Source: Candidatus Cloacimonadales bacterium
GTDB taxonomy: Bacteria > Cloacimonadota > Cloacimonadia > Cloacimonadales > JAIOQZ01
NCBI GenBank assembly: GCA_963674825.1
Contig: OY771587.1
Span: 2,336,001-2,400,000 of the forward strand
Length of the DNA: 64,000 bases
Direction of reading: 5' to 3'
Part shown: piece by piece, positions 28,941 through 38,751 of the stretch
Position numbering within the stretch: position 1 is the first letter of the stretch
How the letters are laid out: every line of letters begins with the position of its first letter
Notes under the pieces: model-generated
What the model was told of the DNA's origin: nothing
The model's database searches: none
Seen by the model: only the letters and a program-made list of their open reading frames with translations
Position numbers and translations under genes: made by a program

Positions 28941-29978
28941 ATGAAAAAGTTAATAATAGCACTTATCGCAATCGCCTTGCTTCCGGCTGCTTTGAATGCA
29001 GAAATATTCGCCAAGGTTGGTACAGCGGGTCTTCAGTTCCTGAAACTCGGTGTCGATGCGCGAGCAATTGGTATGGGTGAAGCCTATACCCCGGTTGCTG
29101 ATGATATCTCTTCCATATATTGGAATCCTGCTGGGTTAGCAATAAAGGAAGAAGATCAGATCATGTTCTCGCACACAAACTGGCCGGCCGATATTCAGCA
29201 CGAATACATGGCGTACTCGAAATATTTCGATTTCGCGACGCTCGGTTTCAGCGCTTCGTATCTTCACATGGACGATATGGACATCACTACTGAAGAGACG
29301 TTCGGCCCGACCGGCGAGAAGTTCACATGTAGCGATCTCGCAGTTGGTCTGACATATTCAAGCATGTTCACCGACAAGTTCTCGTTCGGCCTTACCGCGA
29401 AGTATCTTCGCGAAGAGCTGTACGAGTATGAAGTCGAAGGTTTCGCGTTTGACGTCGGAACCAGATTGAACACCCTCTGGCGCAACGTTACCATCGGTAT
29501 GGCCATGCGTAACTTCGGTCCCGACCTGAAGTACGAAGTCGATAACGACAACGACGGCAAGACCGACGAAGATCCGTTCGATCTTCTGGACAATGATGGT
29601 GACGGCCTGGTGGACGAAGACCGCGACGAAATGGAATTCAAGATTCCTATGCAGTTCTCGTTCGGTATCAGTGGCGACCTCTATCGCAAGGATGAAACCT
29701 ACCTTATCGCATCGTTCCAGATCGATAACGTGGTTGACCGTGAAGAGACCTTCAACCTCGGTTTCGAAGGTAAGTACTCGGTTCTGTTCCTGCGTACGGG
29801 TGTTCAGTTCAACTACGACACCAGCGACGGTGATCCCCGCCCGACCTTCGGTGTTGGTTTTATGATCCCGAATCGTATTGCCGTAGTCCACGTGGATTAT
29901 GCTTATACGAACATGGGTTATCTGGAAGAAAGCTTCATGGAGAGCGCTCATCGCCTCTCTCTTAAGCTGATGTTCTAG
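28941..29978 (+). CDS. PorV/PorQ-family (FadL-like) outer-membrane barrel
   Basis: FLKLGVDARAIGMGEA, YWNPAGL, FDVG, MRNFG, VDYAY, C-terminal F. Confidence 0.85.
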   Translation: MKKLIIALIAIALLPAALNAEIFAKVGTAGLQFLKLGVDARAIGMGEAYTPVADDISSIYWNPAGLAIKEEDQIMFSHTNWPADIQHEYMAYSKYFDFATLGFSASYLHMDDMDITTEETFGPTGEKFTCSDLAVGLTYSSMFTDKFSFGLTAKYLREELYEYEVEGFAFDVGTRLNTLWRNVTIGMAMRNFGPDLKYEVDNDNDGKTDEDPFDLLDNDGDGLVDEDRDEMEFKIPMQFSFGISGDLYRKDETYLIASFQIDNVVDREETFNLGFEGKYSVLFLRTGVQFNYDTSDGDPRPTFGVGFMIPNRIAVVHVDYAYTNMGYLEESFMESAHRLSLKLMF

Positions 29979-29987
29979 TTTTTGTTG

Positions 29988-30024
29988 GGAATCCGGGGAC
30001 ATTGAGCCGTCTCCGGATTCCTTT
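29988..30024 (+). terminator. Strong hairpin (terminator or mRNA-stability element) between the porV-like gene and the CTD protein gene
   Basis: GGAATCCGGGGAC / GTCTCCGGATTCC stem followed by TTT. Confidence 0.55.
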
Positions 30025-30080
30025 AACATAAAAACGAATTTCTGGTATGCATTAATAGGAAACAAAATCGAGGAGGAATT

Positions 30081-32210
30081 ATGAAGAGATTAGTATTGGC
30101 TCTCATGATTGCAGCATTGGCCTGCAGTATGTTTGCCCAAGTGCAACAAGCGATCCCCACGAAGAATATCGTGATGGACCGAATCGACCATAAGGCTATC
30201 ACCACAGACCGTGACGCTCCGGCGTACTACTTTGTGACTGAGCCCATTGACATTCAGACCAGCTACTACGACTACATGCCGGGTAGCTACATTTCCAGCC
30301 CGCTCCGCGTGCAATACGATCCGACCAACGCTGGCAGCAACGGTCTTTATATGGTTTTCCATTCTAGAGAAACCGCTTCTGCAGCACGTCGTGTTTACAT
30401 TGCCTACATCAATGGCGACGGCACGCTCAACTCGAGCAACTACCTCAACCAGTCCGATATCAACGAAGGTTACTGCGGTATGGATCTCGATCCCGAGACC
30501 TTTGATCCGCTGGCAATCTGGCACATCGATATCGATGACGACACAATCTACGAAGATGCTCTTGGATACGACTCCTATCATCTTCTTCAGTCTCCCGGCC
30601 TTATCAGCACCCCGTTCGATCTGATCGACAACAACGACTGGTCTGGCTATGACTTCATCCCGCCCTACGCTGATGATGAATTCATCTGGCCGTATGTTTA
30701 CGTTGTAAAAAGCCCGACCTACGATGAAGACGGATCACGTCGCATCTATGCATGGGCAAGCAACTACACCACCCATGAAGCCGATCCTTCGGAAAACATG
30801 CTTCTTGGTTATGCTGATTTCCAAACCTCCGATCTTGAAGCCGGCACACTTAGTTCCCTTGATTGGAACTTCCTTACGTTCCCGCTTCTTGACGCTTACA
30901 ACGCAGACAATGGAAACTGGGGTCGCTACAACAAGGGTATCGCTTGCAACGACGATGGCCAGATCGCAATGATCGGTTATCTTGCAGCTGACGATATCGA
31001 ACACGACGGATCTGACATGGTCGTTTTCTACAACGACACATGGGCAGAAGGCGACTGGGATGTCGTTGAAGTCGATGCAACCGCTCCGGTAGATATGCCG
31101 CTTAACCAAGATAACACTCCGTACTTCTCAGACCTCGAAGCTGGCGAAGAAATTTTCTTCGACTTCACCAGCAGCAGCCACCCGATGGCTACTTTCGACG
31201 GTCAGGGCAAACTGCACTTCTTCGGTAACTACATTCTTGGTCACGTTGACGCTGCTGGCGACCACTACCTGTGGCAATATTTCAGCTACGTGAAAGAAGT
31301 GACCTTCGATCCGACTGACATGTCTATGACATTCAGCGACCTCTATCCGCAGAGCACAAGTGAAGACGCAGTCTTCCCGTATCTGCCCTGGGATGAAGAT
31401 CAGGATGGAAACATCGACGAATATTCCGATGACGGATATGTTCTTTCCAACAACTACTGGCCAGTATGGTTCTATGATTGGGATACCTCATTCCATGAGA
31501 ACTCATTCAAGTTTGCTGGTAACGAAGACAATAACTGGCTTGTCAGCGTATGGCAAGACGGTACCAAGAGCTTGTTCTACAATCAGGCTGGCGATGAAGA
31601 TTACGTTGATTGGGCAACTGTTCCCGAGATCGCAATCTCCCTTTCCGCTGACAATGGCGAGCACTGGTCCGAACCGATCATGCTTAACTCGATTGAAACA
31701 CCTGAACTTGAAGGCATGATTCCTTGCTACGTATATCCTGGCGACGTTGTTGAAGATATGGGTGACAACCACGGTCTGCTTCACCTTATGTTCTTTGATG
31801 ACAACAGCTTCGGTTCCTTCATTCAGGGCTTCGGCTCCAATGATGGTGGTATGATCCGTTACACCTCGATCGACATCGACTTCACAGGTCTTCCTACCAT
31901 CGTCGCAAACGACGATCCGACCGCTCCTGAAGTTGTTGGCTTCGATCTGACAAACTACCCGAACCCGTTCAACCCGACAACCAACATCAGCTTCAACCTT
32001 CCGGCGAAGTCAGATGTAACTCTGTCCGTGTACAACGTGAAGGGCCAGCTGGTTAAGACCCTTGTCGACAGCAAGCTCGACAGCGGCAACCAGACCTTCA
32101 CCTGGAACGGTACCGACAACACCAACCAGTCTGTTTCCAGCGGTGTGTACTTCTACAAACTGCAGGTCGGAAGCCAGACTGAAACCCATAAGATGCTCAT
32201 GCTGAAATAA
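30081..32210 (+). CDS. Secreted protein with T9SS type A sorting / FlgD-Ig C-terminal domain
   Basis: Signal peptide; Asp-box-like SLSADNGEHWS; NYPNPFNPTTNISF...VYNVKGQLVKTL...WNGTD...VSSGVYFYKL...KMLMLK. Confidence 0.88.
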   Translation: MKRLVLALMIAALACSMFAQVQQAIPTKNIVMDRIDHKAITTDRDAPAYYFVTEPIDIQTSYYDYMPGSYISSPLRVQYDPTNAGSNGLYMVFHSRETASAARRVYIAYINGDGTLNSSNYLNQSDINEGYCGMDLDPETFDPLAIWHIDIDDDTIYEDALGYDSYHLLQSPGLISTPFDLIDNNDWSGYDFIPPYADDEFIWPYVYVVKSPTYDEDGSRRIYAWASNYTTHEADPSENMLLGYADFQTSDLEAGTLSSLDWNFLTFPLLDAYNADNGNWGRYNKGIACNDDGQIAMIGYLAADDIEHDGSDMVVFYNDTWAEGDWDVVEVDATAPVDMPLNQDNTPYFSDLEAGEEIFFDFTSSSHPMATFDGQGKLHFFGNYILGHVDAAGDHYLWQYFSYVKEVTFDPTDMSMTFSDLYPQSTSEDAVFPYLPWDEDQDGNIDEYSDDGYVLSNNYWPVWFYDWDTSFHENSFKFAGNEDNNWLVSVWQDGTKSLFYNQAGDEDYVDWATVPEIAISLSADNGEHWSEPIMLNSIETPELEGMIPCYVYPGDVVEDMGDNHGLLHLMFFDDNSFGSFIQGFGSNDGGMIRYTSIDIDFTGLPTIVANDDPTAPEVVGFDLTNYPNPFNPTTNISFNLPAKSDVTLSVYNVKGQLVKTLVDSKLDSGNQTFTWNGTDNTNQSVSSGVYFYKLQVGSQTETHKMLMLK

Positions 32211-32237
32211 TTCAGCTGCATCTGAGGTCTCATATTG

Positions 32238-32269
32238 AAGGGCGTCTTTCATAGACGCCCTTTTTCTTT
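32238..32269 (+). terminator. Intrinsic terminator ending the TonB/PorV locus
   Basis: AAGGGCGTCT-TTCAT-AGACGCCCTT then TTTCTTT. Confidence 0.85.
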
Positions 32270-32528
32270 ATCGGTCCTCCGGATTTAACAGAAGCTTGCA
32301 ACGCTCTTGAGAAAATCATTGTACTATCCGCAATGTGAGCGGCTTCCTGCCTCTTCGCGTAAACCCCTTGTATTGTACATATATGAAGCCGATTCCTGTA
32401 TGCATAATCTACATTATTGAAGCAGTTTCATTTAGCCTTCAAGTGTGTGAGATACTTTTTTCAGAAAAATCTTGTACAAAAAAACTACACTCATAGGTTT
32501 GGCACAATTCAAAGCGGAGGAGCTTCAG

Positions 32529-32831
32529 ATGAAGGAAAAACTGGAGAAACATCGCGAAGGAACGATCATCCTGGAGGAAGACTCTCCGGAAAAGATGGAA
32601 GTAGAAGTAACAGAAGTAAATACAGCTGGCGACTATCGTAAGTCGCCTGTTTATATTTACTACAACTGGTGCAAGAGATGCGGTATATGCGTTTCCTTCT
32701 GTCCTACTGGTGTATTGAGTCGAAAACCGGATGGCGCTCCCTATGTCGAACACCCGGAAAAATGTATTCATTGTGGAACATGTGACCGTCTTTGCCCGGA
32801 CTTTGCTATCACAGGCGCAAAGCGTACATAG
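32529..32831 (+). CDS. korD: 2x[4Fe-4S] ferredoxin-like delta subunit of 2-oxoacid:ferredoxin oxidoreductase
   Basis: CKRCGICVSFCP and CIHCGTCDRLCP; GGAGG before ATG 32529. Confidence 0.85.
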   Translation: MKEKLEKHREGTIILEEDSPEKMEVEVTEVNTAGDYRKSPVYIYYNWCKRCGICVSFCPTGVLSRKPDGAPYVEHPEKCIHCGTCDRLCPDFAITGAKRT

Positions 32832-32840
32832 GAGGAAAGC

Positions 32841-34025
32841 ATGCCCAAAACCGTCAAAACTGAACAACCAATTGAGAAGCCGGAAGCAGAAGATAAATAC
32901 GTTCTGATGCAGGGTAACGAAGCAGTTGCCAATGGCGCGCTTGCTGCCGGTATTAATTTCTTTGCCGGTTACCCGATCACCCCTTCAACCGAAATCGCCG
33001 AAATCCTCTCCCGTGAACTGCCTAAGCGTGGTCACAAATTTATCCAGATGGAAGACGAGATTGCCAGTATTGGCGCAATCATCGGCGCTTCCCTGGCTGG
33101 CGCAAAAGCAATGACCGCAACCAGCGGCCCCGGCTTTTCGCTGATGCAGGAGAGTATCGGATTCGCGAAAATCACGGAGACGCCTTGCGTGGTTGTCAAC
33201 GTGCAGCGCGGCGGTCCCAGCACCGGTTTGCCGACCCGTCCCGCTCAGGGCGAAATCATGCAATCCCGCTGGGGTTCGCATGGCGACGCACCAGCGATCG
33301 TCCTTTATCCCGATTCGGTGAAGGAAATCTATGAATTGACCATCCGTGCATTCAACCTCTCCGAAAAGTACCGCACCTGTGTTGTGCTGCTTCTGGACGA
33401 GGTTATCGCGCATCTTCGTGAAGCCGTGAAATTGCCGGATGTGAACCGTTATCGCATCATCAACCGTATCAAGCCTACCGTGCCGCCAGAGTGGTACAAG
33501 CACTACGACGAAAACCAGAAATACCTCTCGCCGCTGGCGAGTTTCGGTGAAGGTTATCGTTTCCATGTGACCGGCCTTGCGCATGACTCACAGGGTTTCC
33601 CGACCAACAGGCCGAACGAAGTCGATGATATGATGAACAGGCTCAAAAAGAAGATCACCCGTAACATCCGCGACCTGGTTCAGATCGAAAGCTACATGAT
33701 GGAAGACGCGAAAGTGGCCATCTTTGCCGCAGGTATCGTGTCTCGTTCAGCAAAAGCTGCGATCAACATGGCAAGAGCCGAAAAGATCAAGGTTGGACTT
33801 CTTCGTCCGCTGACAATCTGGCCCTTCCCGGACGACGCCGTCCGCAAAATGCTCAAGAACGTCCACACTGTGATCGTTCCCGAGCTCAATCAGGGACAAT
33901 TCATTCACGAAATCGAACGCCTCGCGAAAGACAAGGAAGATGGCGACATCATCCCGATGCAGCGTTTCGATGGCGAGATGATCCCACCACGTCGCATTCT
34001 CAGTAAGATTAAGGAGGTGATCTGA
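32841..34025 (+). CDS. korA: 2-oxoacid:ferredoxin oxidoreductase alpha subunit (2-oxoglutarate-type likely)
   Basis: FFAGYPITPSTE, QMEDE, TSGPGFSLM, QRGGPSTGLPT. Confidence 0.9.
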   Translation: MPKTVKTEQPIEKPEAEDKYVLMQGNEAVANGALAAGINFFAGYPITPSTEIAEILSRELPKRGHKFIQMEDEIASIGAIIGASLAGAKAMTATSGPGFSLMQESIGFAKITETPCVVVNVQRGGPSTGLPTRPAQGEIMQSRWGSHGDAPAIVLYPDSVKEIYELTIRAFNLSEKYRTCVVLLLDEVIAHLREAVKLPDVNRYRIINRIKPTVPPEWYKHYDENQKYLSPLASFGEGYRFHVTGLAHDSQGFPTNRPNEVDDMMNRLKKKITRNIRDLVQIESYMMEDAKVAIFAAGIVSRSAKAAINMARAEKIKVGLLRPLTIWPFPDDAVRKMLKNVHTVIVPELNQGQFIHEIERLAKDKEDGDIIPMQRFDGEMIPPRRILSKIKEVI

Positions 34026-34867
34026 TGGCAGCGATACCACAAAAAACCATCCATAGCTATCTGAGACATAATAAGAAGTTCCCGCACGTATGGTGCGCCG
34101 GCTGCAGCAACGGTATCGTTCTTGGCGATATCATTCGTTCGATCTCCGAGCTCGGACTGGACCGTGATGACATCGTGATGGTCTCCGGTATCGGATGCTC
34201 GAGCCGTATGCCGGTTTATGTCGACTTCAATACCCTGCACTCAGTGCATGGACGCGCGATTGCCTACGCAACAGGCATCAAGATGTTCCGGCCGGAACTT
34301 CATGTGATCGTTGTGACCGGCGACGGCGACGCTACCGCGATTGGTGGTAATCATTTCATCCACGCCGCGCGCAGAAACATCGACCTTACGGTCATTCTTA
34401 TCAATAACAATATCTACGGTATGACCGGTGGACAGTATTCTCCAACAACCCCGGAAGAAGCAATCTCCACGACCACACCGTTTGGAAATATCGATCCCGA
34501 CTTCGATATCTGCGATCTGGCTATGGGCGCAGGCGCGACATTCGTTGCCCGTTCTACCGCGTTCCATACCAACGAAACGCAGGACTATATCAAGAAGGCG
34601 ATCCAGCACAAGGGTTTTTCGTTGATCGAAATCACCAGCACTTGCCCGGTTATCTACGGCCGCCTGAACAAGAAGGGAAGCGCTCCTCAGATGCTTAAGT
34701 ATTTGCAGGAAAACTCGCTGACCATGAAAGCCGCCGAAAAGATTCCGGCAGAAGAGCGTGAGGGTAAGATCATCCGCGGTATCTTCAGACAGAAGGAATC
34801 CATGGAATACACAGAGCGCTATGCTAACCTCATCGCCAAACTTGCTGGCAAGGAGGAGAAGAAATGA
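34025..34867 (+). CDS. korB: 2-oxoacid:ferredoxin oxidoreductase beta subunit
   Basis: WCAGC, SGIGCSSR, HGRA, GDGD...NN TPP motif, YGMTGGQYSPT. Confidence 0.9.
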   Translation: MAAIPQKTIHSYLRHNKKFPHVWCAGCSNGIVLGDIIRSISELGLDRDDIVMVSGIGCSSRMPVYVDFNTLHSVHGRAIAYATGIKMFRPELHVIVVTGDGDATAIGGNHFIHAARRNIDLTVILINNNIYGMTGGQYSPTTPEEAISTTTPFGNIDPDFDICDLAMGAGATFVARSTAFHTNETQDYIKKAIQHKGFSLIEITSTCPVIYGRLNKKGSAPQMLKYLQENSLTMKAAEKIPAEEREGKIIRGIFRQKESMEYTERYANLIAKLAGKEEKK

Positions 34868-35430
34868 AGGCCAAAGAACCCCAATACTTCCGGAGTGAAA
34901 TTCGTCTGAGCGGAAGCGGTGGTCAGGGTCTGATCCTTGCGGGGATCGTTCTCGCCAAAGCCGCCATGTACGAGAAGTATCGTGTGACGCAGAGCCAGAG
35001 CTATGGCCCGGAATCACGCGGTGGCGCCAGCCGTGCGGACGTGATCATCAGCAACGACGAGGTCTTTTATCCCGAAGCGACCAACTTCGATATCCTCATG
35101 TCGCTGACACAGGAAGCATGCGATAAATACTTGTACGACCTGAAAGAGGACGGAATTCTGATCGCGGATACCACGTTCGTGAAGAATATCTCGCTTCTCA
35201 ATTCTCAATCCTACGAAATTCCCTTTACCGAAATCGCTATCGAGAAACTCGGTTCACCCCTTTCGACCAATATTCTGTCACTGGCATTCCTGGTTAAAAA
35301 GACCGGAATCGTTACCCCCGAATCGCTGGAACGCAGCATTCGCGAGAGCGTCAAGCCGAACTACGTGGACATGAACGTCAAAGCGATGAAATTAGGTTTC
35401 GAGCTGGCTGACAACACCCAATCGAGATAA
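34864..35430 (+). CDS. korC: 2-oxoacid:ferredoxin oxidoreductase gamma subunit
   Basis: [17 protein letters not shown]. Confidence 0.88.
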   Translation: MKAKEPQYFRSEIRLSGSGGQGLILAGIVLAKAAMYEKYRVTQSQSYGPESRGGASRADVIISNDEVFYPEATNFDILMSLTQEACDKYLYDLKEDGILIADTTFVKNISLLNSQSYEIPFTEIAIEKLGSPLSTNILSLAFLVKKTGIVTPESLERSIRESVKPNYVDMNVKAMKLGFELADNTQSR

Positions 35431-35432
35431 AT

Positions 35433-35843
35433 ATGATCAAAAAAATCAGTCATATCGGCATAGCTGTCAAAGACCTGGAAGAAGCTTCGAAGTTCTACGA
35501 GAAGATGGGCCTTAAGGTCGAAAGTACGGAAGTTGTCGAATCGCAGAAGGTAAAAGTAGCCTTCATCTCCGTTGGAGATGTGCGAATCGAGCTCCTTTCC
35601 GCAACATCGGAAGACAGCCCCATCGCTAAATACATCGAGAAGCGTGGAGAAGGCATTCAACATCTCGCGCTTTCGGTTGACGATCTGCCTGCAGAACTTG
35701 AGAAGGCGGAAGAAAACGGTATCCGACTGATCGATAAGGTGCCCAGACCGGGCGCTCATGGTGCGGACATTGCGTTCCTGCACCCGAAATCGACCAATGG
35801 CGTTCTCCTGGAGCTCTGCAAGGACAAGGAACACGGAGAATAG
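35433..35843 (+). CDS. mce: Methylmalonyl-CoA epimerase
   Basis: [31 protein letters not shown]. Confidence 0.93.
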   Translation: MIKKISHIGIAVKDLEEASKFYEKMGLKVESTEVVESQKVKVAFISVGDVRIELLSATSEDSPIAKYIEKRGEGIQHLALSVDDLPAELEKAEENGIRLIDKVPRPGAHGADIAFLHPKSTNGVLLELCKDKEHGE

Positions 35844-35844
35844 C

Positions 35845-37395
35845 ATGGAGATTAACGACCAAATTATCCAACTTCGTGAAAAGCGCCAGGAAGCAGAACT
35901 GGGCGGCGGACAGAAACGTATCGACGCACAGCATGCCAAAGGCAAAATGACCGCGCGGGAGCGCATCAAAGCGCTTGTGGACCCTGAAAGCTTCGAAGAA
36001 TTCGATATGTTCGTCAAGCACCAGAGTCACAATTTCGGCCTCGAAAAGAGTAGAATTCCCGGTGACGGCGTCATAACAGGCTGCGCTACAATTAATAAGC
36101 GCGTAGTATATGTTTTCGCTCAAGACTTCACGGTCTTTGGCGGATCCCTTTCGAAAACCTACGCCGACAAGATATGCAAAATCATGGACATGGCGATGAA
36201 AGTGGGAGCCCCGGTTATCGGACTCAACGATTCCGGTGGCGCTCGAATCCAGGAAGGCGTCGATGCCCTTGCTGGTTACGCGGAGATTTTCTGGCGTAAC
36301 GTGCAGGCATCGGGCGTTGTCCCGCAGATATCGGCAATTCTCGGCCCGTGTGCCGGAGGTGCTGTGTATTCACCTGCGATTACCGACTTCATCATCATGG
36401 ACAGAGAATCGAGCTATATGTTCGTGACCGGCCCCAAGGTGGTTAAGACCGTCCTCAACGAGGATATTTCGACCGAGGCACTCGGCGGAGCGCAAGTTCA
36501 TGCCAGCAAGAGCGGTGTGGCACAGTTCATCACCGATAACGAGCAGGAGACAATTCTCCTGATCCAAAAGCTGCTGAGCTATCTGCCATCCAACAACATG
36601 GAAGACCCGCCTTATGTCCCGACCACCGATCCGATCGATCGCAAGAACGAAGAGCTCAATGCGATTATCCCGGATAACCCCAACAAGCCCTACAACATCC
36701 TCGATGTGATCAACATTCTGGTTGACGACGGTGAGTTCCTCGAAGTGGCGAGAAACTATGCTCAGAACATCGTGGTTGGCTTTGGCCGCATGAATGGCTA
36801 TTCAGTAGGTTTCATTGCAAATCAGCCAAAGTTCCTTGCAGGTGTGCTTGATATCGATGCATCCATTAAGGCTGCCCGGTTCATCCGCTTCTGCGATTCG
36901 TTCAATATCCCGATTCTTGTTCTCGAGGACGTGCCAGGATTCCTTCCCGGTTCGAACCAGGAACATAATGGTATCATCCGTAACGGTGCAAAGCTGCTGT
37001 TTGCATTCGCGGAAGCGACGGTTCCCAAAATCACCGTCATCCTGCGTAAAGCTTATGGTGGAGCGTACTGCGTGATGAACAGTCGCCATATGCGTGCGGA
37101 CATGGTTTATGCGTGGCCATCGGCCGAGATCGCTGTGATGGGTCCGAAAGGCGCAGTGGAGATCATCTTCCGTAAGGAAGCCAAGGAATCGGAGAATCCT
37201 GAGAAGGTTCTGACGGAGAAGGAACAGGAATACCGCGATAAATTCGCGAATCCTTATTCCGCTGCTGAGAAAGGTTACGTCGATGACGTGATCGAGCCTT
37301 CGGTGACGCGTTTCAGGATCATCAGAGCGCTTGAGATGCTCGCGACCAAGAAGGATACCAATCCACCCAAGAAGCATGGCAACATGCCGTTATAA
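35845..37395 (+). CDS. mmdA: Methylmalonyl-CoA decarboxylase alpha / acyl-CoA carboxyltransferase
   Basis: [62 protein letters not shown]. Confidence 0.9.
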   Translation: MEINDQIIQLREKRQEAELGGGQKRIDAQHAKGKMTARERIKALVDPESFEEFDMFVKHQSHNFGLEKSRIPGDGVITGCATINKRVVYVFAQDFTVFGGSLSKTYADKICKIMDMAMKVGAPVIGLNDSGGARIQEGVDALAGYAEIFWRNVQASGVVPQISAILGPCAGGAVYSPAITDFIIMDRESSYMFVTGPKVVKTVLNEDISTEALGGAQVHASKSGVAQFITDNEQETILLIQKLLSYLPSNNMEDPPYVPTTDPIDRKNEELNAIIPDNPNKPYNILDVINILVDDGEFLEVARNYAQNIVVGFGRMNGYSVGFIANQPKFLAGVLDIDASIKAARFIRFCDSFNIPILVLEDVPGFLPGSNQEHNGIIRNGAKLLFAFAEATVPKITVILRKAYGGAYCVMNSRHMRADMVYAWPSAEIAVMGPKGAVEIIFRKEAKESENPEKVLTEKEQEYRDKFANPYSAAEKGYVDDVIEPSVTRFRIIRALEMLATKKDTNPPKKHGNMPL

Positions 37396-37410
37396 CGGGA
37401 AGGAGATGAC

Positions 37411-38007
37411 ATGAGAAAGATCCTGTCATTGCTTCTGCTACTGCTGGTTGCGGGTGGCCTGTTTGCTGATGAGACATTCACCGTCACGAACGATATGACG
37501 CTGCGTCAGGTAGCTCACGAGATGAAGATGCCGGTGAAAAAGCTCATGCAACATCTGGACGTGCCGAATGGTACCCTCCAGACAGCGACAATCGGTGAGC
37601 TAGGTATCCAGAGAGCAAAGCTGGACGATATCTATGCCGATTTCCATGGTAATCTGATGGGCTTTTGCACTTCTCTTACCGTGATCGGTATGCTTGTCGT
37701 GTTCCTCAGTCTGATCGTTACAGGTATGATCATCTCTCAGATCAAGCATCTGAATCGTACAAAGAAGAAACCCGAAGCGACCCAGACGGTGGAGACATCG
37801 ATTGGCAAGATTACCGGTCCGCAGCCCGACATCAGTACCAATGCAATTGTGGCCGTTATTACTGCGCTGCATATGCATATCGCTGAAGCGGAAGAGCGCC
37901 AGAAGCTGATCCTGACCTGGAAACGTGCGCCACTTTCACTGTGGCGGGGATCGTCCAGGAATGCAATGCCCAATCAAACCTACTTTCAGGCGAAGGGGAG
38001 ATCATGA
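37411..38007 (+). CDS. mmdD: OadG/MmdD-family decarboxylase subunit with N-terminal exported domain
   Basis: TVIGMLVVFLSL TM, IVAVITALH, SLWR; position between mmdA and mmdC. Confidence 0.75.
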   Translation: MRKILSLLLLLLVAGGLFADETFTVTNDMTLRQVAHEMKMPVKKLMQHLDVPNGTLQTATIGELGIQRAKLDDIYADFHGNLMGFCTSLTVIGMLVVFLSLIVTGMIISQIKHLNRTKKKPEATQTVETSIGKITGPQPDISTNAIVAVITALHMHIAEAEERQKLILTWKRAPLSLWRGSSRNAMPNQTYFQAKGRS

Positions 38008-38750
38008 AAACATATCGAATGAAGATAAACGGTCAGGCCTATAACGCACGCGTACGTACGTATGACGGATTGACCGCAAAAGTAACTGTGAACGATGTCG
38101 AGTACTTTGTTGAGCTCGAAAACGATGAGATCAGCAGTTCTCCCAAGCTGGTTCGTTCCGATCCATCCGCTGCAAGCGTACCGAGGCTTTCCTCCGGTGC
38201 CCGTGCGAATGGTGAGATCCAGGCTCCGCTTCCCGGCGTGATCCTTTCGATTCCTGTGAAGGAAAAGGATGTGGTCAAGGCTGGTGACGTTCTGGTGATT
38301 TTGGAAGCGATGAAGATGGAATCGGAGATTGTCGCGCCGTTTGACGGCACGATAACCAAGATCCAGTGCTCGAAGGGAGAGACGGTTCAGGAAGCACAAG
38401 CGTTGATCCTGATGGAAGGCTTTGAGAAACCGGCGGAACCTGTTGCTGCCAAGCCGGCGAAACCGGTTGGCGAAGGCATTACCGGCAAAGCCAGACCGCA
38501 AAGCAAACCGCAGCCTGTACAACAACCTGCTGGAGCAAAGAATGTCGTATCTCCGATGCCGGGCGTCATTCTGGACGTCAAGGTAAAGGAAGGCGATATG
38601 GTTCAGCCAGAGCAGACCGTTGTGATCCTGGAAGCAATGAAGATGGAATCTGAAGTTCCGTGTCCATATGCTGGTAAGGTGAAATCGGTTCGGGTCAAGA
38701 AAGGCGACACGGTCCAGGAAAACGACATATTGGTCGAATTAGGAGACTGA
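38004..38750 (+). CDS. mmdC: Biotin carboxyl carrier subunit with two biotinyl domains
   Basis: MKTYRMKING..Y N-terminus; two ILEAMKMESE motifs separated by a Pro/Ala/Lys linker. Confidence 0.9.
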   Translation: MKTYRMKINGQAYNARVRTYDGLTAKVTVNDVEYFVELENDEISSSPKLVRSDPSAASVPRLSSGARANGEIQAPLPGVILSIPVKEKDVVKAGDVLVILEAMKMESEIVAPFDGTITKIQCSKGETVQEAQALILMEGFEKPAEPVAAKPAKPVGEGITGKARPQSKPQPVQQPAGAKNVVSPMPGVILDVKVKEGDMVQPEQTVVILEAMKMESEVPCPYAGKVKSVRVKKGDTVQENDILVELGD

Positions 38751-38751
38751 T

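Noticed and set aside
32270..32520. Possible Rex/CRP site or small RNA upstream of the kor operon
   Set aside because: Only half-sites (TGTGA) and short AT-rich palindromes; no convincing dyad
35758..35844. Extended N-termini in the ORF track (mmdA; likewise purM, SDR, nrnA, folD, mmdC)
   Set aside because: Upstream alternative starts overlap neighbours or lack RBS; downstream ATGs fit family starts
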